In this document: piece after piece, positions 39,188 to 48,441 of the stretch | How the letters are laid out: each line of letters starts with the position of its first letter | Position numbering within the stretch: position 1 is the stretch's first letter | Assembly: GCA_042219045.1 (NCBI GenBank) | Contig: JBDGQO010000013.1 | Location: 1-64,000, forward strand | Length of the DNA: 64,000 nucleotides | Reading direction: 5' to 3' | DNA from: Candidatus Bipolaricaulia bacterium | Lineage (GTDB): Bacteria; Bipolaricaulota; Bipolaricaulia; RBG-16-55-9 | Notes under the pieces: model-generated | Database searches by the model: none | What the model was told of the DNA's origin: nothing | Seen by the model: only the letters and a program-made list of their open reading frames with translations | Translations under genes and position numbers: made by a program

Positions 39188-40804
39188 TCAGCGCGCCCGC
39201 TCGGTAAACTGCGTGGTCCGGATGACCTGGACCTTGATCTCGCCCGGATAGTCCAGTTCCTCTTCGATGGTGCGGGCCACCTCGTAGGAGAGCTTCGCCG
39301 TCATGTCGTCGTCGATCTCGTTCGGCTGGACCATGATGCGCACCTCGCGGCCAGCCTGGATGGCGTAGGCCTCCTGGACGCCGTCGAAGCTGTTGCAGAG
39401 GTCTTCCAAGGCCTGCAGCCGCTGGATGTAGGCCTCGAACGTCTCCTGCCGCGCCCCGGGGCGCGCTGCCGACAGGGCGTCCGCTGCCTGCAACAGCACC
39501 GCCATCGCGGACTGGGGCTCGACCTCATTGTTGTGCGCGGCGATGGCATGGACGACCTCCTCGCTCTCGCCGTAGCGCCAGGCCAATTCGGCGCTAATCA
39601 ACGAGTGCGGGCCCTCAACCTTGTGGTCAACACCTTTGCCGATGTCGTGCAGCAGGCCCGCGCGGCGGGCGGATTTGGGATCAATGCCCAGCTCACCGGC
39701 AAGCGCGCCGGCAATGAAGCTGACCTCGATGGTGTGCTGCAACTGGTTCTGGCCGTAACTCGTGCGGAACTTGAGTCGACCGACCATCTTGATCAGCTCC
39801 TGGTGGAGACCCTCAAGGCCGACCTCGAAGGCGGCCTTCTCGCCCTCCTCTTTGATGAGCTGGGCGACGCGCTCTTGGGCCGTGTCGACCTGTTTCTTGA
39901 TTTGCGCGGGATGGATGCGCCCGTCCTCGACGAGCTTGGCCATGGCGACGCGGGCGATCTCGCGCCGGACGGGATTGAAGCACGACAGCACCACCGTATC
40001 GGGCGTGTCGTCGACCAGGACGTCGACGCCCGTCAGTGCCTCAAACGTCCGGATGTTGCGGCCCTCGCGGCCGATGACGCGTCCCTTAAAATCGTTATCG
40101 GGCAACGGCACGAGGCTGACGGTGGAGAGCTCCACTTCCTCGGCCGCGTAGCGCTGAATGGCCGTTGCGATGATCTTTCGGGCTTCCTGCTCGGCCTCTT
40201 GCTCGTAGCGCTCCTTGATCTCGCGGACCGTCTTGGCGTAGTGGCGTTCCGCGTCCTCGCGGACACGGCGTAGCAGCTCCTCTTTGGCTTCCTCTTGGGT
40301 TAGCCCGGAGATCTCTTCGAGGCGCTTCTGTTCGCCTTCGATGAGGGACTGGCCCTCTTCGATGTAGCTCGAGACGGACTCGAGGTCCGCGTTCAGGTCC
40401 TGCTCAAGCTGTTGCAGCTCCGAGGCCTGGCGCTCGATGCGCTCCTCGCGCTTCAACAGCCGCGACTCGAACTGCTCCAGCTTCTCCTCGCGGCTCTTGA
40501 GGCGGCCTTCGCGCTCCTCGAGTTGCTGGGCCCGTTCCTCGTTCTGGCGGCGCTGCGCCTCACGGGCCTCGGCTTCCTCTTCGATCTGGCGGTTCAGGCG
40601 CCGTTCCGTCTCCTGCCACTGGCTGCGTTCGGCCTCGATGTCGCGCTTGAGCTGATCGAGGCTCGCTTGGACTTCGTCGGCGCGCTGCCGAGCTTCGGCG
40701 AGCGCCGTGGCGAAGCGGCGAGTTCCGACACCGTATCCCAGAACCAGGAGGAGAACTCCCACTCCTCCCAAAGCAATCATCAACACGGGATCCATCGTGG
40801 GCAC
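39188..40804 (-). CDS. rny: Ribonuclease Y
   Basis: TM, coiled coil, KH (KGRVIGREGRNIR), HD (LLHDIGK), DALSAARPGAR, YPGEIKV. Confidence 0.97.
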   Translation of the reverse strand: MPTMDPVLMIALGGVGVLLLVLGYGVGTRRFATALAEARQRADEVQASLDQLKRDIEAERSQWQETERRLNRQIEEEAEAREAQRRQNEERAQQLEEREGRLKSREEKLEQFESRLLKREERIERQASELQQLEQDLNADLESVSSYIEEGQSLIEGEQKRLEEISGLTQEEAKEELLRRVREDAERHYAKTVREIKERYEQEAEQEARKIIATAIQRYAAEEVELSTVSLVPLPDNDFKGRVIGREGRNIRTFEALTGVDVLVDDTPDTVVLSCFNPVRREIARVAMAKLVEDGRIHPAQIKKQVDTAQERVAQLIKEEGEKAAFEVGLEGLHQELIKMVGRLKFRTSYGQNQLQHTIEVSFIAGALAGELGIDPKSARRAGLLHDIGKGVDHKVEGPHSLISAELAWRYGESEEVVHAIAAHNNEVEPQSAMAVLLQAADALSAARPGARQETFEAYIQRLQALEDLCNSFDGVQEAYAIQAGREVRIMVQPNEIDDDMTAKLSYEVARTIEEELDYPGEIKVQVIRTTQFTERAR

Positions 40805-40810
40805 ACTCCT

Positions 40811-40970
40811 TTGGTCGATTCAGACAGGCGATGGCTTTGCGACGAATCCCCGCCGTGGGCAAGAACCAGACAGTCGGCACCCTGAGGCGATCTCGGCACC
40901 CCAGCCCGATAAGCCTCGCGCGGGGATCGGCATGCAGGTTCGGATGCTTCGGTTTGTTAGCCATTGCCAA
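40811..40970 (-). ncRNA. ssrS: Candidate 6S RNA directly upstream of rny
   Basis: Promoter TTGATC-18-TATAAT (41006-40977); hand-folds as a long rod with a large internal bubble; rny-adjacent position. Confidence 0.5.
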
Positions 40971-41002
40971 CCGGGAATTATAGCGGGAAACGTCAAGGAT
41001 GA

Positions 41003-43855
41003 TCAACGTCGGATGGCCATCGCGGCCGGGAGGAACGTCAGGCTGAACAGGGCCATGAACCCGATGCCGAGCACGGCCGACTGGCCGAGCACCTCGAGAA
41101 TGGGGGTCTGGGCGAGGATGAGGCTTCCGAAGCCGATCATCGTCGCGAGCGTATTGGCCAGGATCGGCAAGGCCGTCGAGGCGGTCGCGTCGGCGATGCT
41201 TCGGCCGCCCATGTCGCGGAACCGGGCGAGCAGATAGACACAGTTGTCGACGCCGAGGCCGATCAGCAGAGGCGAGATCAGGATGTTGGCCACGTTGAAG
41301 TCGATCTCGAGCAGATAGAGCGCCCCGAGCATCCAGAGGTACCCGAGCCCGAGCGTGATCAGCGACAGCCACGTTCCGCCGCGCATGCGGGAGCGTCGCA
41401 GTGTCAACCACAGAACCCCCATGATGATGACCCCGGCTGCCGCCGTGGAGTAGGCAAAGTCCTGACGCATGTAGGTCTCCAGACGCGAGCGGGTCATGGG
41501 CACGCCAAAGACCTCGTCCGATATCCGCTTGGCCTTGTCGATGAAGGCATTGTAGCGGTCGCTGTTCCAGATCACGTCTTCCTTGACGCGCGCCGCCACG
41601 ATGGCGTCGCCATCGGGCGCGAAGCCGAGCTTGCGGTACTGTTCCGGCGGATTTTCGATCAACTGGTCGATGCGCTCGGGGGTCGGCAGCTGGGCTTGCA
41701 GCGATCGGACACGCTCGATGAGCGAGTCGACGCTCTGTTGAAGGGCGAACAGACGGTCGCCCGTGTTTTTGTCAACAAGCGCCTGGAAGCGTTCACGGAT
41801 GCGGTCAGTTTCGCTTTTGAGCTCAAGGAAGCGCTCTTCCAGCTCGCGATTGCCGGTTGTCCGGACGACGTTGTCGGCGCTGGACTGGAGCTGCTCGCTC
41901 AGGTTTTGGAGCGCGTCAAGCAGCGCTTCGGGCTCGGTGAAGGGCTGGCGCAGGGCCGAGAGCTGGTTGGAGGCCTGTTTTAGCGGCTTGACGGGTTCAA
42001 GCGCCCGCAGTCGGCCCAGCAGCCGCTTGAACCGAGCGCGCTCTTCCGGCTTCTCGATGCCGATCGCGCTATAGTAGCTCAACGGCCGCTTGTTGACCTC
42101 CGGCATCCGATAGAGCCGGTTGCTGACCTCGCGGACGCGCTCCAGCGACGGCTCGACGAAGAAGAAAAAGTAGTTCTCCGGATCGGCTATTTGTCCGCGC
42201 GTTTCGAAGTTGTCGTTGATGAAGCCCGCGACCTCTTGACTGGGCAAGTTCCGCTGGCTGACGCCCTTGGAGATGAACGTGAAGTCGACCCGGACGGCCG
42301 GCCAGGCCATGGCGGCCGTGCCCGCGATCACGAGCGCCACCACGACCCACGGACGGCTCGTGATCGCCCGCGCAAACGGCTCAAGGTTCCATGGCCGTGG
42401 GGGCCGGACGAGCTGGCGCCGGCCGATGGCCCGCTGCCCCACCACCAGCAGCGATGGGAGGACAACGAGCGTCATCAGGCAGGACAACAGCACCCCGAAT
42501 CCCAGAATGAAGCCCATCTCGGACAGCCCTGTCGTCTGGGAGACGAAGCCCACCGCAAAGAGCACCAGCGACGTCGCCGTCGCCGCCGTGATCATCGCCT
42601 GGCCCTTGACGGTAACGGCATGGCGCAAGGCGGGCACGATCCGTCGTGAGCCTTGGCGGAGCTCCAGGTAATGGGAGATGAACTGGATGCCGTAGTCGAT
42701 GCCGAGGCCCAACACGATCGCCGGCAGGAACGCGGTCAAGAGGTTCAGCCCGCCGAAGAGGTGCTTAGCGATGGCCAACGTCAATAGCAGCGCGATTGAG
42801 ACGGGGATCGTCGCAATAATCGGATACAGAAACCGCCGCAGGACGAAGACGAACAGGGCCAGCACGCCGACGACGGTAATCAACGCCGTCCGGTTCATAT
42901 CCGACCGCAGCATGTTGTCGGACTGGACGGAAAAGACGTGCGGCCCCTTGATTCCCCACGTGATGCCTTGGGATTCCAGGTTGAGCGAGCTCAGGTCGCT
43001 CTTGACGGCATGGACGACGCGTCGGTTGTAGGCGATGCTCTGCGAGGCCGGTTGATCCGGCTGGAATTGGATCATCAGCGCGTTCGCATCCTCCGAGAGC
43101 CAGTACGGGCTGGCCTCCTCCGAGACGGGCTTGAGGGTGCTCTGCAGGGACGACAGCTCGGCCCGGAACGTCTTGACGCCCTCCGAGAGCGTCTCCAACC
43201 GATCGGGGAGATCCTCCAGCGCGGCCAGCACCGCTTCGTTCAGGTCGTTCAACTTGGTCAGCTGATCGCTCAGGTCCTTGATGGTCGAGGTCAGCTTGTT
43301 GGGATCGAGGATGGCAAGCCCGCTCATGAGCTGCTTGAGCGCCTCGGCCGTGCCGCCGTAGACCTGCGCGAGCGATTGCTCGGTGTTCGGAAGTGCGCCG
43401 TCCTGATCGACGGCTTGACGGAGCTTGTCGATGCGCGCTTCGATCTCGTCGATGGTGGCCTCATCGAGCGCCAGCGGGTCGACGTTGAGCGCCTGGAGCC
43501 GGTTGCGCTCGAAGCTTGCCTGCTCGATCTCGGTGTGGGCCTTAAGGGCGTCTTCCACTCGGCGCCCCGCCGCCAGGAGCCGCTTGACGCGCTCACCGCG
43601 GGGAACGTCGCCGGGAGACTTGAGGCGCAGGAGCACGGCGTCCTGGTTGACCTCTCTATCCAGGATCTTCTGGTAACGCTCGACGCGTTCCAGCAAGGGG
43701 TCGTCTTGGGGCAGGAGGTTATTGAACGTGCTGTCGACCGGGAGCGTCCGCAGGTCCAGGACCGATCCCACGGCCAAGACGAGCGCGATCAGCAGGAAGA
43801 CTCCGGCTAATCGGCGGATGGAGGCAAAGAGAGCGAGCATCGGACGCATGCGCAC
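41003..43855 (-). CDS. MMPL/RND-family membrane protein
   Basis: Two TM blocks with LGLGIDYGIQF and IGLGVDNCVYL; two large helical periplasmic domains. Confidence 0.9.
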   Translation of the reverse strand: MRMRPMLALFASIRRLAGVFLLIALVLAVGSVLDLRTLPVDSTFNNLLPQDDPLLERVERYQKILDREVNQDAVLLRLKSPGDVPRGERVKRLLAAGRRVEDALKAHTEIEQASFERNRLQALNVDPLALDEATIDEIEARIDKLRQAVDQDGALPNTEQSLAQVYGGTAEALKQLMSGLAILDPNKLTSTIKDLSDQLTKLNDLNEAVLAALEDLPDRLETLSEGVKTFRAELSSLQSTLKPVSEEASPYWLSEDANALMIQFQPDQPASQSIAYNRRVVHAVKSDLSSLNLESQGITWGIKGPHVFSVQSDNMLRSDMNRTALITVVGVLALFVFVLRRFLYPIIATIPVSIALLLTLAIAKHLFGGLNLLTAFLPAIVLGLGIDYGIQFISHYLELRQGSRRIVPALRHAVTVKGQAMITAATATSLVLFAVGFVSQTTGLSEMGFILGFGVLLSCLMTLVVLPSLLVVGQRAIGRRQLVRPPRPWNLEPFARAITSRPWVVVALVIAGTAAMAWPAVRVDFTFISKGVSQRNLPSQEVAGFINDNFETRGQIADPENYFFFFVEPSLERVREVSNRLYRMPEVNKRPLSYYSAIGIEKPEERARFKRLLGRLRALEPVKPLKQASNQLSALRQPFTEPEALLDALQNLSEQLQSSADNVVRTTGNRELEERFLELKSETDRIRERFQALVDKNTGDRLFALQQSVDSLIERVRSLQAQLPTPERIDQLIENPPEQYRKLGFAPDGDAIVAARVKEDVIWNSDRYNAFIDKAKRISDEVFGVPMTRSRLETYMRQDFAYSTAAAGVIIMGVLWLTLRRSRMRGGTWLSLITLGLGYLWMLGALYLLEIDFNVANILISPLLIGLGVDNCVYLLARFRDMGGRSIADATASTALPILANTLATMIGFGSLILAQTPILEVLGQSAVLGIGFMALFSLTFLPAAMAIRR

Positions 43856-43858
43856 GCC

Positions 43859-44884
43859 TCATGCCTCTGCGTCGGTGGCTTCAGGCTCCTCGGCCGGTTG
43901 GGCGTCCAGTTCCTCGGTTCCCTCGTCCGATTGGAACTCCTTGGCGATCTCGTCGGGGCTTGTGGCGTCGATGTGCCAGCCCGTCAACTTGGCGGTCAGC
44001 CGGACGTTCTGCCCGCCCTTGCCGATGGCCAAGCTCAACTCGCCGTCGGGGACGACGACCATGGCGTGTTTTTCGTCCTCATCCAGCTCGATGCGCATGA
44101 CTGTTGCGGGCTCAAGGCTGTTCTGGATGAGCTCCTGGAGGTTTTCGCTCCAGCGGATGACGTCGATCTTCTCGCCCGAGAGCTCGCGGACGATCTGCCG
44201 CACGCGGGCCCCCGACGATCCCACGCACGTGCCGACGGGCTCGATCTCGGGAACTCGAGCACGCACGGCCACCTTGCTGCGCACGCCCGGCTCGCGCGCC
44301 ACGGCCACGACCTCCACGAGCCCCTGCTCGACCTCGGGAACTTCCAGTTCCATCAAGCGTCGCACGAAATCCGGGTGGCCGCGGGAGACGAGCACGCGCG
44401 GGTCACCCTGGGTCTCCTCCACGCGATAGAGATACGTCCGCAGCGTCTGGCCCGGGCGATAGTGTTCGCCGGGGATGCGCTCGCTGTCGGGCAACAGCGC
44501 CTCCGCTTGGCCCAGGTTGAGCCACACGTCGCGTCCCTCAAAGCGATGGACGCTGCCGTTGATCAATTCGCCGACGCGGGCATGGAAGCGCTCGTAGACC
44601 ATCTGGCGACGGCGCTTCAAAATCTCTTGGCGGATCGTCTCCTCGGCTCGGCGCGTGGCGATGCGGCCCAACTGCGTCACGTCGAACTCGATCGATTCGC
44701 CCTTGTCGACGATCGTGATGTCCCCGGAGCTGCGATCGATCGCCACGTCGACGTCGTCGGCGGTGCCGAACTGCTCGCGGTAGGCCATGGCCAGTCCCTT
44801 GCGGACGGCATCGTAGAGCTCCTCGCGCTCCAGGCCCTCCTCTTTCGCCATCTCTTCCAAGGCCTCTAAAAACTCGACGTTCAT
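43859..44884 (-). CDS. nusA: Transcription factor NusA
   Basis: LGRIA, S1 domain, AREPGVRSKVAV, ELSGEKIDV, LSLAIGKGGQNVRL. Confidence 0.97.
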   Translation of the reverse strand: MNVEFLEALEEMAKEEGLEREELYDAVRKGLAMAYREQFGTADDVDVAIDRSSGDITIVDKGESIEFDVTQLGRIATRRAEETIRQEILKRRRQMVYERFHARVGELINGSVHRFEGRDVWLNLGQAEALLPDSERIPGEHYRPGQTLRTYLYRVEETQGDPRVLVSRGHPDFVRRLMELEVPEVEQGLVEVVAVAREPGVRSKVAVRARVPEIEPVGTCVGSSGARVRQIVRELSGEKIDVIRWSENLQELIQNSLEPATVMRIELDEDEKHAMVVVPDGELSLAIGKGGQNVRLTAKLTGWHIDATSPDEIAKEFQSDEGTEELDAQPAEEPEATDAEA

Positions 44885-44917
44885 CGTCGCATCACAGCTC
44901 CTCGTTCTGGACGTCTC

Positions 44918-45373
44918 TCAGGCGGGGTCGAACGGGGGACAAACGCGGGCGTCGGCCAGCTGGGCCAGCGGAACCTCCAGCTCGCCCTGGTCGGTCGCCA
45001 GCGCCACGTTCTCGCTGTCGACCGTCTGGAGCGTCCCCGTCCAGTTGCGCTGGCCCGCAATGGGGGCGTACGTCTTGATCCGGATCGCTTCGCCGATGAC
45101 CCGATGGAAATGCCCCTCGGTCCGCAGGGGCCGATCCAGGCCGGGCGAGGAGACCTCCAGCTCGTATCCTTGATCGACGGCCTCGTCAAACGGATCCTCC
45201 AGCGCGCGGCTGACGCGCTCGCAGTCGTCCAGCGTCACGCCGCCCGCCTTGTCGATCATCACCTGCAGCAGCCAACGGCCGGGCGTCTGGCGCAGTTCGA
45301 GCCAATAGAGCTCGACGCCTTCCGTTTCGGCGATCGACGCCGCGATCTCGCTCAACTCGTCTCGCTTGCTCAT
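44918..45373 (-). CDS. rimP: Ribosome maturation factor RimP
   Basis: GVTLDDCERVSR, YELEVSSPGLDRPL; ATG 45373. Confidence 0.95.
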   Translation of the reverse strand: MSKRDELSEIAASIAETEGVELYWLELRQTPGRWLLQVMIDKAGGVTLDDCERVSRALEDPFDEAVDQGYELEVSSPGLDRPLRTEGHFHRVIGEAIRIKTYAPIAGQRNWTGTLQTVDSENVALATDQGELEVPLAQLADARVCPPFDPA

Positions 45374-45461
45374 TGCAACCCCCATTATACGGGAAAGCGT
45401 CTGCGGATCAATCGGATGCATGTTCCGCGCTCGACGGATATAACGTCATCGGGGTGACGCC

Positions 45462-46400
45462 ATGCCATACGTCTGGACCGTGCCCGCCGAGGCCGAGGGC
45501 GAACGGCTCGATCGCTGGCTGGTCGGCCAGCGTCCGGAGCTGTCACGAGCCCGGATTCAGACGCTCATTCGCGGGGGATCCGTGCAGCTCGACGGCCGAG
45601 GCGCCAAGCCGAGCACTCGGTTGACGTCCGGCGCTCGGGTCACATTCGAGATCCCGCCCCATCCGCGCGCGGTCGTGGAGCCCGAACCGATGGATCTGGC
45701 CATCCTCCACGAGGACGACGATATCGTCGTCGTGAACAAGCCCTCCGGGCTGGTCGTCCACCCCGCCGCCGGCCACGAGCGCGGCACGCTCGTCAACGGG
45801 CTGTTGCACGAGCGCGCGCTGGCCTCGGGCCACGACCCAAGTCGTCCCGGCATCGTCCATCGGCTGGACAAGGCGACCAGCGGCGCCATCGTCGTCGCCA
45901 AGCGCGAGCGCGCGCACGCGAGCCTCGTGGAGCAGTTCAAGGCTCGATCCGTGGGGAAGACGTACGTGGCGCTGGTCCATGGCGTCTTGGCCGACTCGGA
46001 AGGGCGCATCGACGCGCCGATCGGGCGCCATCCGAAGCACGCTCGGGAGCAGGCCGTGCGCGCCGACGGCGGCAAGGCCGCGCTCACGGACTTCCGCGCT
46101 CTGCGCACGTTCGGGGATCGCACGCTCGTAGCGGCCTTTCCGAGGACGGGCCGGACGCATCAGATTCGCGTCCACCTGGCAGCCATCGGGCACCCCGTGG
46201 TGGGCGATCCGCTTTACGGCCGGAGCGTCAACGGAGAAACCCTCATGTTGCACGCGTGGAGACTGGCCCTTGATCATCCGGCGACGGGCGAGCGGATGGC
46301 GTTCACGGCCGCTCTTCCGCCCCGATTCCGGAGCGTCGTCGAGGCGGTTGAGGAGCTTGAGTTGACGGCGTGGGCACGTCCGCCCGAAGCATCCGAATGA
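45462..46400 (+). CDS. rluD: RluA-family pseudouridine synthase with S4 domain (RluD-like)
   Basis: RLDRWL, VNKPSGLVVHP, GIVHRLDKATSG, TGRTHQIRVH, GDPLYG, LHA. Confidence 0.92.
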   Translation: MPYVWTVPAEAEGERLDRWLVGQRPELSRARIQTLIRGGSVQLDGRGAKPSTRLTSGARVTFEIPPHPRAVVEPEPMDLAILHEDDDIVVVNKPSGLVVHPAAGHERGTLVNGLLHERALASGHDPSRPGIVHRLDKATSGAIVVAKRERAHASLVEQFKARSVGKTYVALVHGVLADSEGRIDAPIGRHPKHAREQAVRADGGKAALTDFRALRTFGDRTLVAAFPRTGRTHQIRVHLAAIGHPVVGDPLYGRSVNGETLMLHAWRLALDHPATGERMAFTAALPPRFRSVVEAVEELELTAWARPPEASE

Positions 46401-46899
46401 AGTTGCGCAGGTAGTCGCCGCCTGCGAGGAGGACCAACCCGAGCGCGCCGTAGACGAGGTAGTTGTCGTAGGGCTCGTAAGGCAGGTTGAGCAGCTCCGC
46501 CAGGAGCGCAAGGGAGAGCACGAACGACGCCGTCTTGCCCAGGGACCGAGTGGGAGGCGGATGGGGAACACGGCGCATCCAGATGAACGCGCCGATCGCC
46601 ATGCCGCCCTCGATGACCACGAGGAACGCGATCGTCGCCCAAGGCAGATCGCCAATGGCGACCAGCGTCGTGAACAGCAAGAGAAAGACGAACTTGTCGA
46701 TGACGGGATCGAGGAGCTGGCCGAGCGGCGTCTCCTCTCGGCGCAGTCGCGCAACCACCCCATCCAGCAGGTCGGCGGCTTGCGCGACGAGCACCAGCGC
46801 GAACGCGAGCAGACGCTCCCCGCTGAGGAGAGCCCAAATGACCGGCGGCATGAACGCCAATCGCATCAGCGTGATTCCGCTGGCCAGGGTTAAGCGCAT
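46303..46899 (-). CDS. pgsA: CDP-alcohol phosphatidyltransferase (PgsA-like)
   Basis: DLLDGVVAR...LGQLLDPVIDK motif; ATG 46899; substrate not certain. Confidence 0.8.
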   Translation of the reverse strand: MRLTLASGITLMRLAFMPPVIWALLSGERLLAFALVLVAQAADLLDGVVARLRREETPLGQLLDPVIDKFVFLLLFTTLVAIGDLPWATIAFLVVIEGGMAIGAFIWMRRVPHPPPTRSLGKTASFVLSLALLAELLNLPYEPYDNYLVYGALGLVLLAGGDYLRNFIRMLRADVPTPSTQAPQPPRRRSGIGAEERP

Positions 46900-46949
46900 G
46901 ATGGCCTCAGTGTAGCTCCCAGCGTCTCCGATGTAAACAGGCGTTTTCC

Positions 46950-48332
46950 TCAATCGATGACCTTGCGTTGCCACGACCCCGTGGCAAACAGGCCCAGGGC
47001 AATGGCGGCCGCCGCCACGTTGCTGACCATCATGCCGTACCAGACGCCTGTGGCGCCCATCTGCCAGACCAAGCCGAGCAGCGCACACAACGGGACCCGG
47101 AGCGCCCACAGTCGCGCCAAGCCCATGATCATCGTCGGGACGTTGTGCCCGGATCCGCGAAACACCGATTCGATGGCGACGAAGATGCCAAAGAAAGGCA
47201 AGCCCCAGACGAAGATTCCCATGAACTCCACGCCCGCGGCGATGACGTCCTCGCGTCCGGGAATAAAAGCCGCCATGAGTGGGGCGCGAATGAGCCAGAT
47301 GACCGTTGCCTCCACCGCCAGTAACGCGAACATGAACGCCATGCCCCGCCTGACGGCCGTCCAGGCCCGCTCGAGCATGTCGGCGCCCAAGGTCTGGCCC
47401 AAAATCGTCGTCAGCCCGACGCCGAGCCCATGCATCGCAATGAACAACAGCCCGAAGATGCGGTCGCCGATTCCGTAGGCGGCCAGCGCGACCGTCGCGT
47501 TCGGCACCCGGCCGATAATGGCCATGAGCACGACGAAGCCGAAGGCCGTTCCCGATTGTCCGACGGCGGCCGGCAAGCCGATCCAGGTAATCTTACGGAA
47601 CCAGGGCCATCGGGGCCGAAGTTGCGTCGGGATCAACCGGATCCCCTTGGTGCCGCGGCTCAGCACGCCCAACGCGAGCACCGCGGCCGATCCCTGGCTC
47701 GCCACAGTCGCGATTGCGGCGCCCAACAGCCCGAGCGACGGGAACGGGCCGAGGCCAAAGATGAGCGCAGGGTCAAGGAGAAGGTTCAGCGCAACGCCCG
47801 TGCTGTTGACGAGCATCGGCGTGACGGTGTCGCCGTAGGCCGACAGCGCGAACTGGAACAGAAACGGCACGCCCAACAGCGGTAGGCCGAGAAAGATCAC
47901 CCGAATGTAGAGCGAGGCCTGCTCGGTGACGGCCCCTTCGGTCACGAGCAGCGGCAGGAGCTTGGGCGCGAGCACAAAGCCGGCCGCGGCCATGGCGACC
48001 CCCGCCGTGACCAGAAAGGCAAAGATCTGGGTCAGGGCGACGTTGGCATCGTTGTGACGCCGCGCACCCGTGTATTGGCCAATGAGCGCGCTGGCCGCTG
48101 CGCCGCTCAACCCGGCCACGAACGAGATCAGCAGCCAGACGACCGGCCAGGAGACCTGAATGGCCGCCACCGACGGGCCGCTCGTCTCCGGCGGGAGGTG
48201 GCCGATCCAGAAGGCGTCGGCCAGGTTGTAGAGCGCCTGGAGCAGGCTCGTCACCATGGCGGGCCAGCCGAGGCGCACCATGGTGCGCACCAGCGGCCCG
48301 TGCAGGATCTGCTCGGTGGAGACGCGGGCCAT
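46950..48332 (-). CDS. MATE-family efflux transporter
   Basis: YNLADAFWIG, GDTVTPM, NLLLDPALIFG, GAAIATV; about 12 TM. Confidence 0.93.
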   Translation of the reverse strand: MARVSTEQILHGPLVRTMVRLGWPAMVTSLLQALYNLADAFWIGHLPPETSGPSVAAIQVSWPVVWLLISFVAGLSGAAASALIGQYTGARRHNDANVALTQIFAFLVTAGVAMAAAGFVLAPKLLPLLVTEGAVTEQASLYIRVIFLGLPLLGVPFLFQFALSAYGDTVTPMLVNSTGVALNLLLDPALIFGLGPFPSLGLLGAAIATVASQGSAAVLALGVLSRGTKGIRLIPTQLRPRWPWFRKITWIGLPAAVGQSGTAFGFVVLMAIIGRVPNATVALAAYGIGDRIFGLLFIAMHGLGVGLTTILGQTLGADMLERAWTAVRRGMAFMFALLAVEATVIWLIRAPLMAAFIPGREDVIAAGVEFMGIFVWGLPFFGIFVAIESVFRGSGHNVPTMIMGLARLWALRVPLCALLGLVWQMGATGVWYGMMVSNVAAAAIALGLFATGSWQRKVID

Positions 48333-48441
48333 TCAGGCGTCGTCTTCCGCGCTCACGGCTGGCCCATCTGTCGCCGAGCCCAGGTCGTCATTCCCATTCC
48401 GTTTGGTCGCCTCGATTCCCGGAGCGGTCCCGAAAACCGGA

